Below, piece by piece: positions 25,801 to 38,026 of a stretch of DNA of 64,000 nt. Source of the stretch: Oculina patagonica (Eukaryota); NCBI RefSeq assembly GCF_052425735.1, contig NC_135768.1, positions 16,430,001-16,494,000 of the forward strand. The letters run 5' to 3'. Numbering within the stretch: position 1 is the first letter of the stretch; the number at the start of each line of letters is the position of its first letter. The position numbers and the translations under genes were made by a program. The notes beneath the pieces are model-generated. The model was not told where the DNA came from. It did no database searches and saw only the letters and a list, made by a program, of their open reading frames with translations.

Positions 25801-28113
25801 TGACTTTGTACACGAAAGACACAACTTATTTTTGAGTTGTCGCACCTATTTCTTGTAAACATATTTGTATTTACACGCCAAGCAATATACACTTAATGAC
25901 TGTTCCCGAGGGTTTCAGTCATTAAGTGTTTTGTTATATAGCACGACGAAGACTAAGAAAAATGGCGGTTATCGGTCCACATTCGCGGGCAATATTGCAT
26001 TGTTACCATCTGACGTCATGGATTTTGCAATGTTGCCTATTCAGAGACTTTTGGCGGGAAACAGTTTTTATTGTTAGAAGTTATGTGAACTCGAATTAGC
26101 CAATAAGTGCGCGCGCTGTTGGGAAAATTTCTAGCTATATAACGATGATGCTTGTTTGTTTTTCGTTCAAATTAAAACCTATCTTTTCAAAGGATTGAGC
26201 AAAGGATTTATTATAAAATTAGGCTACTTCTCTAGCTAACAACTCAAGCAACAAAATGATAAGCTTTGACTAAGGATTGTCATCCCAAGATTGACATCTA
26301 ATTTCTCTTTACGCTATTCATACATTATCAAGCACAAAGTGTTGAGAATAAAGAAAATCATCAACAAGGGGTTATTGTCTTGATGGACCACCAAATTTCC
26401 ATGACTTACATTAAAAGAATTGTATGGCTATTAGTAAGGAGAATTAGTCATTGCTAACCTCTTGATGAAGTTTCTTATATTCAGGAGAGACGCACTCACT
26501 AAAGTTCGGCACAAGCCAAGTCGCGTTCGTAGTTTCGCTTCCAGCGCAAAACCTGCTTGTTTGTCCTGCAAAGAAATTTAACCCAGCCCTAAATTAAGAT
26601 GCAAATTCGATCAGTTACTGCGCCTTTGGCACTACTGCAGAAAGCTGCTGAAACAACGTGCCCACAGGGCGGTAGCCGCTTTGAGGCAAACCGAGGTACA
26701 GGCCTCAGTCACTTTTTTCCATTTTTGTTGTTGTTGTTTCTTTTTTGAAGGGTAAAAGTAAATAGCTTAGAAGAGAATTTAACCATGGACATTGTCTTAA
26801 TCATATATTTTTTTCTGGCTACAGCCCTGGCCGTGACTGACGTAAAAATATGCAGGCTTAGCTTAATTACACGTGTTTTGTATGAAGATAGCGAGCGTTA
26901 ATTGTCATCTCGTTCATGCGTTCCCAAACGTAGAGTGGATTTCAACACGCGGTAAAAAAACAAAACAAAAACAAAACAAAAAACAAAACAAAAAAACAAA
27001 TGCGATTGACAATCCGTCGAAGCTCTGAGTCTACCAACTCCATCGCATTCTGAAAGTCTATTGGCACGAGAGTAAAAATCTTGGACCTATTCCATCAAAA
27101 ATAGAATAATATTTTCCAACAGTATGTCATTTTTTCTACATATGAGCGGCATCTCTCTGTTGCGTTTTTGTAAGCGCATTCAAGAACGATGAGAGACTGG
27201 ACCAATTTATTTTCTAGAGAATTGAACTAAAAGTATTCAACGTCAAATGGTCAAGCCTTTATACATCACTGCCTTGCTATGTCATTAACGTTATGACGTC
27301 ATTACCTTGTGCTTTTCTTGGACATATTTGATTATCAGTAGAATTAAACGTCACCAGCTTCCAGTTGATGTCGTAATCGTGTTCTGCACCACACACCAAG
27401 TTCAGTCCTAAGACAAGAATGAGAATTACGAAAACAGAAAAATTATTGATTGCACGAAAAGGGCTGAAAATTACCACAACGAATCGAAACATTTTTCTTA
27501 TGCCTGTTGTGCATTCGATAACAATTTGAGACTGTTTGGATCAGTCTTAATTGCAATTCCTGCTTGGAAGTACCGCTTTAGAATAGAAATCTCGTCCATG
27601 CGCCCGACAAGTTTCCGATTCTTAATTAACCAATCAGAATATTGAACGAGCGCTTCCGAGCACGCCAAAACTTACTACACATGCTGTCGTCACAGAGCTA
27701 CGCAATGTTGCTTAGCAACTCCACTGACAGAATTCGCGGGATCAGTCAATTTTTTGAAACGCGCCATTTTGAAAATCGCCGTTTTCTCGGCCGTAGCCTT
27801 TAACTTCTGGTAGAAAAGGAGAAATAATTTTAAGGTGGACTACTTACCGGTGGAAGTGAGAAAGCGAAAGCCAGCATCGCTCACCGTGAAGGTGATAGGA
27901 GTTCCGTCAATGGAGGATTTTAATTGCCCAGATTTGACCGCTTTGACCAGAGGAGTGAGTATTTGTGATGCTGTCGCTTTCGCTTCTGTTGTTAACTTGA
28001 GATTAGCGACTACTGGGCCGGGCCTGGGAAGGAATAAAATATCCATTGGTTAAAAAAAAACGGAGGAGCAACTTACAGCAAACAACAAGAACAAAATATC
28101 AACAGCGGCAACA

Positions 28114-28155
<42 letters not shown>

Positions 28156-31100
28156 AACAAATAAAGAAAGCAATACGAAAAGCAAAGAAACACAACATGA
28201 CAAAACAGGAAAAGCTAATTCCCAGATATAGTTTGTTATGTAAACAGAAGCTATGACCGGCATATGACCGACTTGAGGACTTATGCCGCAGTCGGAACGA
28301 AGAGGAACAAGTTAAACAATCGATATCTTTGTTTCTCCCATAGACATACAATAAACATGCAAAATACTCACTGGAATGAAACGACCTCTGCTGTTTTATA
28401 AGACGGTACATTTACAAAAACAGATGATACCTGTTGAAAAGAAACGTAACAAATTACTTATTACCTTAGCGAAAAAGTTAGCCAATTAGATACAGATTGC
28501 TGAAAAATATTTAACAAAAACTGCCCCATGTATAGGCGTTGGCAAACGAGAAAACGGCTCATTGTGCCCTCTGTGGGTCAGCTTTGTCAGACTAACCTCC
28601 CCGGGATTTGTGTCTGTGTTTTACTCCCAAACCCTAGTCTGTAGAAAAGCATTGCACCAGTACCTCGGCGAGACTTTGTGTTGAATGGCACTTAGTCATC
28701 GCTAGTATAAATCAGAGTGGGTGCATCTGGGAAGGCATTCATGGCCCGACAGCCCCTTTTCTGTGTATTGAAATACTTTGAAAGTTTATGATTATCTCGG
28801 TTTGTTTCTTGCGTAATGCGTTCCGGGCTGCGCGCGCGCGCTCACATGAAACTGTTCAAACAAGGTACGCGCGTACATGCAACTGTCGCGAGCCTACAAA
28901 TAAAAACGACCAAATGAGGTTGTTCCGCGCCTGGCTCCTATCCTTTCGCTGGTAAGTTTGTTATTTTTGCTGTATATTCATTTGTTGTAGAAAAGTAAGC
29001 CTTGTAAAAGTGCGTCAGTACAATTTAGTTGTGAACGCTAGTCGGGTCTGAGACACTTTTCGCTCATGTAATTTGTTTTATTTCATCCTCGAAACTCCAA
29101 GCGCTAATAACGAACTTTTACTTTTTCACGTCGGACACTGGACTTATGCTGCTTGCAAATATTTTAAAGACATTTAGTCTGCATAGATTGATAGTTGAAT
29201 ATTGTCGGCTCAGGCACGTAGGGCCAGCTGTGGTACTGCAGTTCGAAACGTGTTGTTAGAGAGATTCACCCTGGGTTGGTTTTTCGTTGAACAGTTCGTT
29301 ACACAGCGGATACAAAGATCAATGTAACGTCGTCCCGCGCGCGCTTATACCCAACTTTCGCGCGCGCTCGTAGTTTAAACTTTTGAACTCTCTAACGGGT
29401 CTGTCACTGTGCCCCTGACGAGAATGACAGGCTTTCTGAGTGCAGACTAGCATATTTTTCTTATCGATCTGTGCCGAGAATTATTTTCTTAGTGAGCTCA
29501 CTAAACTAGTATCTAAGATTGTAATAGGCTTTTGTTTATAGTCTTCGTAAACTCCTTACGTGAAATTTGTATCCATAGAACTGTATATGTTACTTTGATA
29601 TTTTTTCTACATTTTAAACGGCTTGATTTATTCCCAGAAAATGGGACTTTCCAAAAAGTGTGTCAAACTTGACACAATTTTAAAAGAACATGACTCGGCG
29701 AAAGTGCTTGCATCAACGAAAAAACACTGTTGTGATCCATTCAAGAACATTGTTTACGAAGAATCGGCGAAGAAGAAGCACCAAGAATTGCTGCGAGGAA
29801 AAATACAAACATCTCTGGTTTCACCGTTTTATCTCGAAATGAGAGAATTATGGAGGCTAAAAAACGCGAGTTTCCATTTTTAACCAATATTTTGGTTTCA
29901 CAAAATATTACATAGCTATTAATCCAACACTTTTAACAATTCCCAAAATTAAGGTTTCAATACACTTGTAAAGATCTGTTCTTTACAACAAAAACAAAAC
30001 ACTGTTGCGGACACATTATTGCTCATGATGTTTTCTTGGGCGAGCGAACGAGGAAACATTGTTGCTGAAACACAATGTTTCTGAAAGACATAAGAAACAT
30101 TTTTTGTGTCTCGGATACAAATTTTGTGTCCGCAACAAATATTGTGCGTGCGGGAAAACTGGGAAACATTTGTGTCCCCAACAATGTATCCGCAACATTG
30201 TATTCTCGTTTGCCACCACCTTATTTGGATAAGCTATAGAATTATATTTTGCACAGCTAGATCGAATACAGAGGCAAATACAAACGAGCCATTTGGGACA
30301 TTATAACAACGTCAGTGTCCTAAATGCCTACTTATACATATATTTAAGTATTTGTTAGTACATAGGAACACTATCGGTCTTAACTGTCACGCAATTTTAG
30401 GCAATTTCGGCACTGACCAACTTGTCATAACTGAAAACAACCGAAATATCAAATTAACGGCTTTAAACTGTAGAAGAACTCCAAAGAAACAGAGAAAGGC
30501 CAAAAAGGGGCATGGATGGGCAAAATTCGAGGAATCGATTTGTACGAAAGTGTCATTTACAATGCTCGTAAATTATCGTTGTTTGTAATGTGGCTGTGAT
30601 TTTGCCAATAATAAAACGTTTGCTCTGCCAAATTGAGAATAAATATAATTACCTAAAATATCGTGCTCTAGCCTCTTTAAATGACTCAAAAGGGACTGAA
30701 GAAAGTTACTGTACTACAGAAATGACATCTGTGATAAAAATGTTTGAAATTTCTTACCGCCACTTGCAGTTTTTCTGCAAGGTTAAGAAATTCAAGAGAC
30801 TCGATGTCCTTGAGTCGATCCGTGAAGATTTGATTTTTAACTGTTAAAAATACCGTGAACACTTTATCTGTGGAAAAATAGGAGATGGCAGAGTTGTTAT
30901 CATTTGCCAACTAGATAATTCACCAGTGGTAGAGAAATCAAAATTTTCTTCCTCTCAAAATTTTAAAAAAATTTCAGTTTCTGTTTTTCCTAACTCACCA
31001 CTAACTGTGAAAATCATTTCAATCAGATACTCTTGAATTTTGATTGAGATTATGTTGCTATGGTAACCGCGTTATGGCCCTTCCCAACTGTGTAATTAAC

Positions 31101-34100
31101 TTGTGTTTTTATAGAAAAAAAGATATCTAAATAACTTGATAAATCACATGATATAAATCACATGATATTGGCATTAAAACGACGAGAAGGAAACTTTAAG
31201 TTGTTAGTCCCAAAAGATTCAACTTTACTTTGCCAAACTACCATCGACTAATAAGTATCTGGAAACATTAAACTGCACTGGCTGTTTGTAACCTTTTGAT
31301 ACCTGAAAATACTCTTGGGAAGTTAGGATATCAGACTAGGCTTGTTGCCATGGAGTCGATTGTTCTTTGGCATCAGGGGATGGATTGGCTTAGGTTGCAC
31401 GACCTTACTTATCACTGACACTTTCTTAGGTTCCGTGCGACCTTCCTCTTTCCTTAGGACTCCTCAATCTTAACAAAAACAAGAAACTAGGAACTAGCAA
31501 ACTTTTGAATAATTATGACACGACCGGGGTTGTCGCAGTCGTCGCTGAGCAAATGACTGATTTGTGAGAGTGTTTCAAGGTAATTAACAACTCACCTTGG
31601 TTTTTTTTACTTCCTGGAATTCCTTGCCTCTCTGTTAAAATGATGAAAAAAATAGAGCAGCGAAGAGTAAGAAAACTGGATGGAATTCAAAAGAAGCAAC
31701 GGCCGCCAGTTCAAAGGCCTTACTGCATTTTGTGATACACATTTATCTGGTAAATAACTTTTCAGTGTTAAAATGTATTTTAAGACTTAACGGTTTTTGA
31801 TAACGGTTTAATGGTAAAACTGATATAGTACCCTAACTGCTTTACTGAATCAAAATTCTTTGCCGTTGGTGAACTTCTAGGACAGGGCAATGTAAAATAG
31901 CTTTACGAACAAAATAAGAAACACAGTTAACATTATAAACAACAACAACAACTTACTGTCATTTCCAGTCTGTGGAGTCTTTCTTGTGAGGAGCGTAAGC
32001 TGGGACCGGATACCACTTGAATGCTTTTTAACAGTGATGCACTTGTCATAACAAGCCACAGAGTAGCAATGATCGCCCAGTAACCAAGCAACCTGACAGC
32101 TCGGACTTGCACAGCACTTCTGAATACAAGAGCGCATGTCCTTTGCGCCTGCCAGCAGTTCAAATTTTCCCGCCTTGTGACCTCCTCTTAAGCTGACGTC
32201 ACTGAAAATGGCGCCGTGAGGACACGCGCCTCCATTTGAAGACGAGGCTTTCTTTTTGACTCTAGTACTTGATTTATCGTCGCTGGCGGAACGTGTAACG
32301 AATGCTAATTGAGGCTCTATTTTTGAGTCATGCGACGGCATGATCTTGCAAAGTTCCGGTTTGTAACAGTGTAGCGTGTAACAATGTTTGTTTAGCAGCA
32401 AGGAAACATCGCATGTTTGTTGCTCGCAGCAATGTTTGACGCACGCGTTGATATCAGGGACTTCACCGTAATCTGAGAAATCTCCCGACTTGAGTCCCGA
32501 ACGCAGAGTGACTTTGCGAAGAACTCTTCGCGCTCGACAACTACCGGACTTTGTTGATTCCGAGTTTCCATTGTGTAAAAGTTTTGACTCAAGGCTAACA
32601 ACTGCTTTTGTTGGGAAAGAATCGCTTATTTCAAATCCCGTACCTTTCTCCTTGCTTTCGTATGAATTCAAGGAAGCATTTTGATATTTATTTTTAAGCT
32701 CTTTTAATCTCCTGCCCTCATCACTGCTAGCATTCAAGCCTCTATCTTTAGTGGCTGTTGTTTTTGACGCATTATATTCCTCAGTTAAAGTTCTATCCTT
32801 TTGGTACGCATTTTTATCTGAAGAATTATCTTTGCTTATAATTTTATTGGCATTGTTTTTGAATTCATCTTTATTTTGAGATTTTCTACTCATCTTTGTC
32901 CCGTGAAAAGCATTAATCGAAGACCTTGTCACCAAGGTTACCGCAACATTATGGCGGGAAAAGTTTCCCTTTTTCAACCGGCACATTTTTTCACTGTAAC
33001 ACTCAACGTTATAACATAAGTTGTCCACTGAAAAGGCGAGGTCACACCCTTGTTGCCGGCAACACAGCTGACCGCAATGTTCGACGTCGTTGACTCGACC
33101 CAGTTTCCAGAAAATCCCTGAAGCGCTGCCAGCCCGCAGTGTTACATTGAATTTAGGAAGACTCGGCCGGCAGGTGCGCGCCTGTAGTGAGGCACTCCCT
33201 GTGAAATACAGAAAAATAATTTTAAGTCTGTCTTGATTTCCTAAGTGAGTGCCACTAGTGCGTATCTTATTCTTACTAATTTTCGCGAGTACTAATTCGC
33301 GATTTTCGCGATTTCAAAATAATCGCGAAATTTAGAACGCGCGAAAAAAAAATATTGCGCGAAATTTAAACACGCGAAAATTAATCTCATATCATCTATC
33401 AAAACAATTGTTTGGAACTGCAACTATCTACCTTTAAAATATATTTCCGTCTTGTTTCTGACTAGCACCCTTCCTCTGATTACTGTTTCGAGCTTGTTTA
33501 TTGGTTCAAAACTTCTTTAGTTCAGTCAATTAGGTTTCCGTTTGCAGGCTCCTTGTAGTTACATTGTGCCAGGCCTTTGTGTAATTCCAGTAGTTCGTTA
33601 GTCTTTAAAGAATGAACCAAAAAAAACCTGACAAAATCGCGAAATTTAGTACGCTTTTTTCTAATTTTTCTTGCAATCGCGAAAAGCAATACTCGCGAAA
33701 TTCAGCTCTCAAATTTTCGCGAAATTAAGCACGCGCGAAAACTTAGTAAGAATAAGTAAGTAAGTAAGAAATTAGTAAGAATAAGGTACTCTCCGGGTAC
33801 TCGGGTAAATATAACTAAGTGTAACCCAAATGATTTGCTCCAAACAGAAACAATCATTCATAAACAGATTACTGGTAATACATGGTTTACTCTGATCAAA
33901 ATTAACGTTTATCGAGTGAACAAATTGAATCAAACTTGCCATCTTTTCTCAATGGACGCGCGTGGACCCGCGAAGACACGCGTGGGGTGGCAGATAGTTA
34001 AGCGCGCGCGTGCAATAACTTACCTTTTAAATAACTTGGAAAAACAAAAAGCAGTCTAATACAGTAGGGGGAACAAGTGCCAGTTTTGGCAAGTCTTCGT

Positions 34101-36078
34101 TGAAACACTCGAAGAATTTTCTAATCATTTCGTCCAATCAAAAACTAGCACGAGCGCTCACGAGTACTTCGAAAGCCGTCTCGCGTATAAATACGTCATG
34201 TTGCTTGGCAACTTCTGGGACGAAAACTGCGGGCTCAGTCACTTCTCGGAGAAGTGATGTCGCCATCAACTGGCACTTGTTCCCGGCTGAAATAATATAA
34301 ACAGTGAATTTTCCTATCTGGGACCTATCTACTTCACCGAAGAAATGTATTGTTTACACTAAATAGATGTAAACGTGGACCTGAGATATATTTTTTCACT
34401 GTAGAATTAGCGTTATTCTAATTTAGCAAATTTTACTAAAAGATTCTCAAAATACAATTTTGTTTTTATTATGTCATATTGCGATTATAACATTTGCTAA
34501 ATTCTATGCGAAACTCTTTTAAACCGATTTCATTTTCGCTTCGGGGAACTTCATTTTGGTGAATAGGAATATCTCATAGCTTGCGTAAAATTAATCCAAA
34601 TCCACTCAGACCACTCACAGAAGCCACTTGCTCTTTCAGAAAGGTTGAAGTAGAAAATGACAGGTAGTTTGTTCTGTGTTAAGTGATCCATTAACGAAAC
34701 TGCCAAAAGTGACAGTTAGGTCATGAAACATTTTAAAACAGATATAAACAGGGCCAAACAACTTGGCGATTTAAAAACGTCATTAAAATCCTTTTCTAAA
34801 GCATTTGTTCAAACTACCGGAATTTAGACTTTGATAAAAATTGCTTTCTGTTCGAAAAATTGATTACGTTTCTAACGATTTCTCGAAAACTATAAAAGTA
34901 ATAAACTTCCGTTTTCCTCCTTGTTTTGTTTCAGGACATTGCTTACGCAATTTGTTGAAGATGTAAGATGGAAATATTTTACCCTGATGTAGGAGGGGGA
35001 AATGTTGTTTCCGAACAATTAATTTTCTGAACGATCTAAACTCGACTTTTTCTTACAGGTAAAATAATAAACTAACTAAACTTCGGAAAACCACACTCTC
35101 TAGCACTAGAACAATTTTTTGAAAGGTTCTATTCAGAGAAATCTCTTTTGATAAATATAAGAAAGCTAATAAAGTGCGCGGTATTTTAGATATTAGGGGT
35201 TGTCAAATCTCCTGCCGAAACTGATTTTTTCCGAAATTAGTGAACGGGTATTTGTATTCAACGGACGTTAATTCTATTTATGCTTCACTTAATAAACACG
35301 ACCTGGTACCAGCATGAAAAAGACAGATTCTATTTTACGGCCGTCTTCAGATTTAAAACGTTAAAAGTATATCTGATGTATCAAGATAAATAAAAATGTA
35401 TATCAATTTACGTAAATATACAGGAGAAGATTTCATGATCATTCATCTCGTTTACTTCGCGACCCCGTTTCAGACTTCGATTCAACGCTGGGTAAACAAC
35501 CATGATATCTACCGGTGCATGGGTGAATATCGATCGTTGTCAACTCACAACGCTACTTTCAAACTTGCAACTAATACAGCTCAGGAGATATTAGCTTAAA
35601 GCTGTTACTATCAAAGCCCTAAAGACAATTTTACAATCGTGGATGAAATAGAATGTTGTGGCGTGCTAATTTTCCATTGCCAGGGTAATTTTGCGATTTT
35701 GCAATTATGAAGCTTAAGAAACTCGTGTTACATGTGCGCAAAATGCCGCAGACTAAATTACGGGTAATCTACTCGATTTTTGTGGTAAATGGAATTACTA
35801 GAAAGGAGCAAGGCCTAACGAGGTTCATGAAATGAAAAAGAGCTGTTTTGAAACTTTAGATCACTAAATCAAAACACGCCCCTCTTATCCCGGCTCAGGG
35901 AGAGCAAATCTATACTACGTATCACAGAGCAGTAAAATCATTAAGAGGATTAAACACAGAAAAATCAACATTTACCTGATAAAACGCCGAGAAAATAGAC
36001 AAGGAAAAGCAGATAGCTGGCACGATGAAGGTCATTGTGAGCAACAAGGGTCGAAAACGCTTGGCTCCTTACAGGCAT
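17429..36078 (-). CDS. Single-pass GAIN/GPS-domain membrane protein: SP - 3x MANEC-like - SEA - HormR - GAIN (large insertion) - GPS - 1 TM - cytoplasmic tail; 21 exons, about 1665 aa
   Basis: Phase-consistent GT-AG exons (minus strand): 36078-35976, 33198-31957, 31631-31596, 30867-30758, 28430-28372, 28023-27848, 27407-27306, 26565-26459, 25773-23983, 23453-23385, 22512-22395, 22133-21984, 21592-21517, 21420-21321, 21192-21140, 20738-20615, 20138-19999, 19377-19325, 18881-18817, 18642-18550, 17659-17429 (4998 nt, open). Signal peptide ...[14 protein letters not shown]; [23 protein letters not shown]...VVSFQPGPVV; HormR C...INWKLVT...QICP...G...RFC...[11 protein letters not shown]; [33 protein letters not shown]; GPS ECVAW...WSSKGC...[14 protein letters not shown]; [27 protein letters not shown] followed by RKRRR. 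Confidence 0.85.
18292..18430. mobile_element. MITE with 9-bp TSD (left end partly deleted)
   Basis: Ends ...CCGCCAGCTACGCAGGCTA; TSD GTCCAAGTA at 18283-18291 and 18431-18439; internal GC-rich hairpin; absent from the paralogous site near 11650. Confidence 0.8.
19841..19873. repeat. (ATG)n microsatellite
   Basis: About 11 units. Confidence 0.9.
20615..20738 (-). other. GPS autoproteolysis motif exon
   Basis: Translates [27 protein letters not shown]|[13 protein letters not shown]; canonical W..GC...C.C.H(L/M)T.FA.L. Confidence 0.9.
22813..23145. mobile_element. Tc1/mariner (pogo-like) MITE
   Basis: TA-CCGTAAAATTCCGGTTATAAGCCC ... GGGCTTATAACCGGAATTTTACGG-TA; internal GGGCTTATA repeats. Confidence 0.9.
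23539..23915. repeat. ~105-bp intronic minisatellite, about 3.5 units
   Basis: ACAGACTT...AGTTAGAACCAC...CACATGAAAGTACTGCTCAA recurring at about 23539, 23645, 23749, 23858. Confidence 0.85.
28108..28153. repeat. (AAC)n microsatellite
   Basis: About 13 CAA units. Confidence 0.9.
30001..30222. mobile_element. Degraded MITE
   Basis: Inverted motifs TGTTGCGGACACA / TGTGTCCGCAACA and repeated GGAAACATT. Confidence 0.55.
30385..30680. mobile_element. Second copy of the Kolobok-like element at 13754-14101
   Basis: Colinear similarity (GGCACTGACCAACT...AGAAAGGCCAAAAAGGGGCAT...TTTACAATGCTCG...TCTAGCCTCTTTAA). Confidence 0.7.
33265..33786. mobile_element. MITE, TA TSD
   Basis: TA-TCTTATTCTTACTAATTT ... 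AAATTAGTAAGAATAAGG-TA with many CGCGAAA subterminal repeats. Confidence 0.8.
34062..34290. mobile_element. MITE with 17-bp inverted repeat
   Basis: GGGAACAAGTGCCAGTT at 34069-34085 and AACTGGCACTTGTTCCC at 34268-34284. Confidence 0.65.
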
Positions 36079-38026
36079 AGAGCAGGGAGACCCAGTCGGC
36101 ACCGCTGCGACACATGAAACCTCTTCTGGGACCGTCCTTTTTCTGTGCTACGGTGGGACATCTATAATATCGGCTTCTCCATCAAATGCGTCCACCATGA
36201 TGTAAAGAATATCGTAGACTTGCGTTTTCTTGCATCACTTTACAGCGCTCATTTTAATATCGACTTCTGCTACGCGAAGGATTAGCCGCCTACAGGCTCC
36301 ATTGCGTTACATTAAAAATTCATAGTGTCCATTCAAGGAAAGCGCTTATGATGTCATGCGCCAAACACGGTCATGAGCACGCGGGAAATTCACTCCTATT
36401 ATTGTTTGTGGTTGGAAAGCAAAGCGAGTGCTTTCTCTGAGTTCAGAGATCAAGATTCCTGATCAGAACTAAGGGCAAGAATGAGTTCTGGATCGAGATC
36501 GGAGCACCTGTTGTTTCATGTCACGTTTGTCACGTTGAATTCGTCACGCAACTGCGAAACATTGGTATTCGTTGTTCGAGTACAAGCTTATCACTTTTAC
36601 GTGCAATCGGGAAATTAAGAGCCATTGATGTAAATCTTCGTTGAAGCACTCGAGAAGCTTCCGAGTTTAATTATCCAATCAGAAACTAACAAGAGGACAG
36701 ACGAGCGCTCCGAAACAGTCACGCCAGTATGGCACCATGTCATACATCATGTTGCTTAGCAACGTTGGCGACAAAAACCGTGGGCTCAGAAATGGCCACG
36801 GATGTAGCGCTTGGCTACTAAGCAACCAGGAAAAAGAGTAGGAGTGTATTTTTCTGGCGTAAAAAAGCAACATTGGAACTGTTAACCTCTACAAAGCTGT
36901 TCTCGTGGCACATATTTTTTCAATCGTATAGTTGACAGTGAATTAGTCTGGACTTAGTTTATGGTGGACATTTAATTCGTCACTGTTAACAAGAAACAAA
37001 CAAAAACAAATACAAAGCTGTTCGAAAAGGGCGAATGTTATGCCCACAAGATTTTTTCCCATGATAAGAATCCTAAATTGCTTACTGTATCCAAGTAAAT
37101 ATACAGGCAATTAACCTTAACAAATGAAGATGCACCTCAAAGGCCGACATAATCATGCTCGGCTTGAGCCCCTTACATTTTGTATATATAGTTTTTTATT
37201 TTGGGTGTATTTTTGTTTCCTTTGGGTCTTTTGGACTTGTAAAAATAAACTATTTACTGTAAGAAGGTGAGCAAAACATCTTAAAACTGTTCTGAGTCGG
37301 GCTTTCCATTTGTCCAGAAACTCTAATTTGCATTCAATCATTAGGCTTTGCACGCCTTGCGTACCTATGATTCCAAAATTCATCACTTATAAATCTGTCT
37401 TGATTTACCAAAAGGTGGCTATCTGGCTGTTAAGAAAGTGAGTGGGGTTGAGAATTTTTTTTTAAGGACATGGGAGATTATTTGGCTTACTTTCAATGGA
37501 AATGAAGTGCTTTCAATTTTATACTCATGGCTTTTTTTCCTTCTACCTACCTAACAATCTTATGTTACAGTGGAGGTCAGCCAACCTTTTGAAATCTGAC
37601 TGACAAAAAAACAGTCAGTCGTGACGTTAATTCTGTTTTCTCGGAATCTGAAATAATATCCTCAGGCGGTTGTCTGTTTTGCAAGAGCTTTACTTAGCAA
37701 CGACGCTTGATCACGGATAAAAATCTTTTTAAAGGGCTTTTACGAATTCGTATTACGATCCCATTTCATCTTGCTCGAAAACTCCACATGGTTAAAGTTA
37801 AACTATTTTGATAAAAGATCTAAGAAGACTACGATCTTGCATTCAAAATAAGCAACAGCTGAATGACCAAAGGTTAAACTGAAGAGCTCAGACAGAACTT
37901 AAATAACATCTGATTGGCTACTGGCAGACAGTTGTAACGTTAATTATTTCTGTTTTCTCAGAAACTAAAATAACACCTTTTGGCGCAGTTGTGTTTCGCA
38001 AGTTTCACTGTTCGACGCTTAGCGCG
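36079..38026. promoter_or_regulatory. Divergent intergenic/promoter region between the GAIN gene (-) and TRIM-NHL copy 1 (+)
   Basis: CCAATCAG at 36674, X-box-like GTTGCTTAGCAAC at 36751-36763; on the TRIM side ATTGG near 37913, GTGACGT and TTCnnnGAA at 37638 and 37955. Duplicated at 56578-59150. Confidence 0.6.

Noticed and set aside
26665-26829. hAT-like MITE (CAGGGCGGTAGCC ... GGCTACAGCCCTG)
   Set aside because: Plausible TIRs but no matching TSD; left unannotated.
28500-29900. Possible larger transposon or gene in the GAIN-gene intron (ORF 29623-29883)
   Set aside because: No TIR/TSD pair or protein motif could be established by eye.
31877-31956. Hydrophobic C-terminus of the 383-aa ORF as a TM anchor
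   Set aside because: It lies past a strong donor (A|GTAAGT at 31956) in T-rich intron sequence. An intron-retained isoform cannot be excluded but is unsupported.
35976-36035. ATG at 36035 as the GAIN gene start
   Set aside because: It gives phase 0, incompatible with the phase 1 next exon; ATG 36078 gives the right phase and a better signal peptide.
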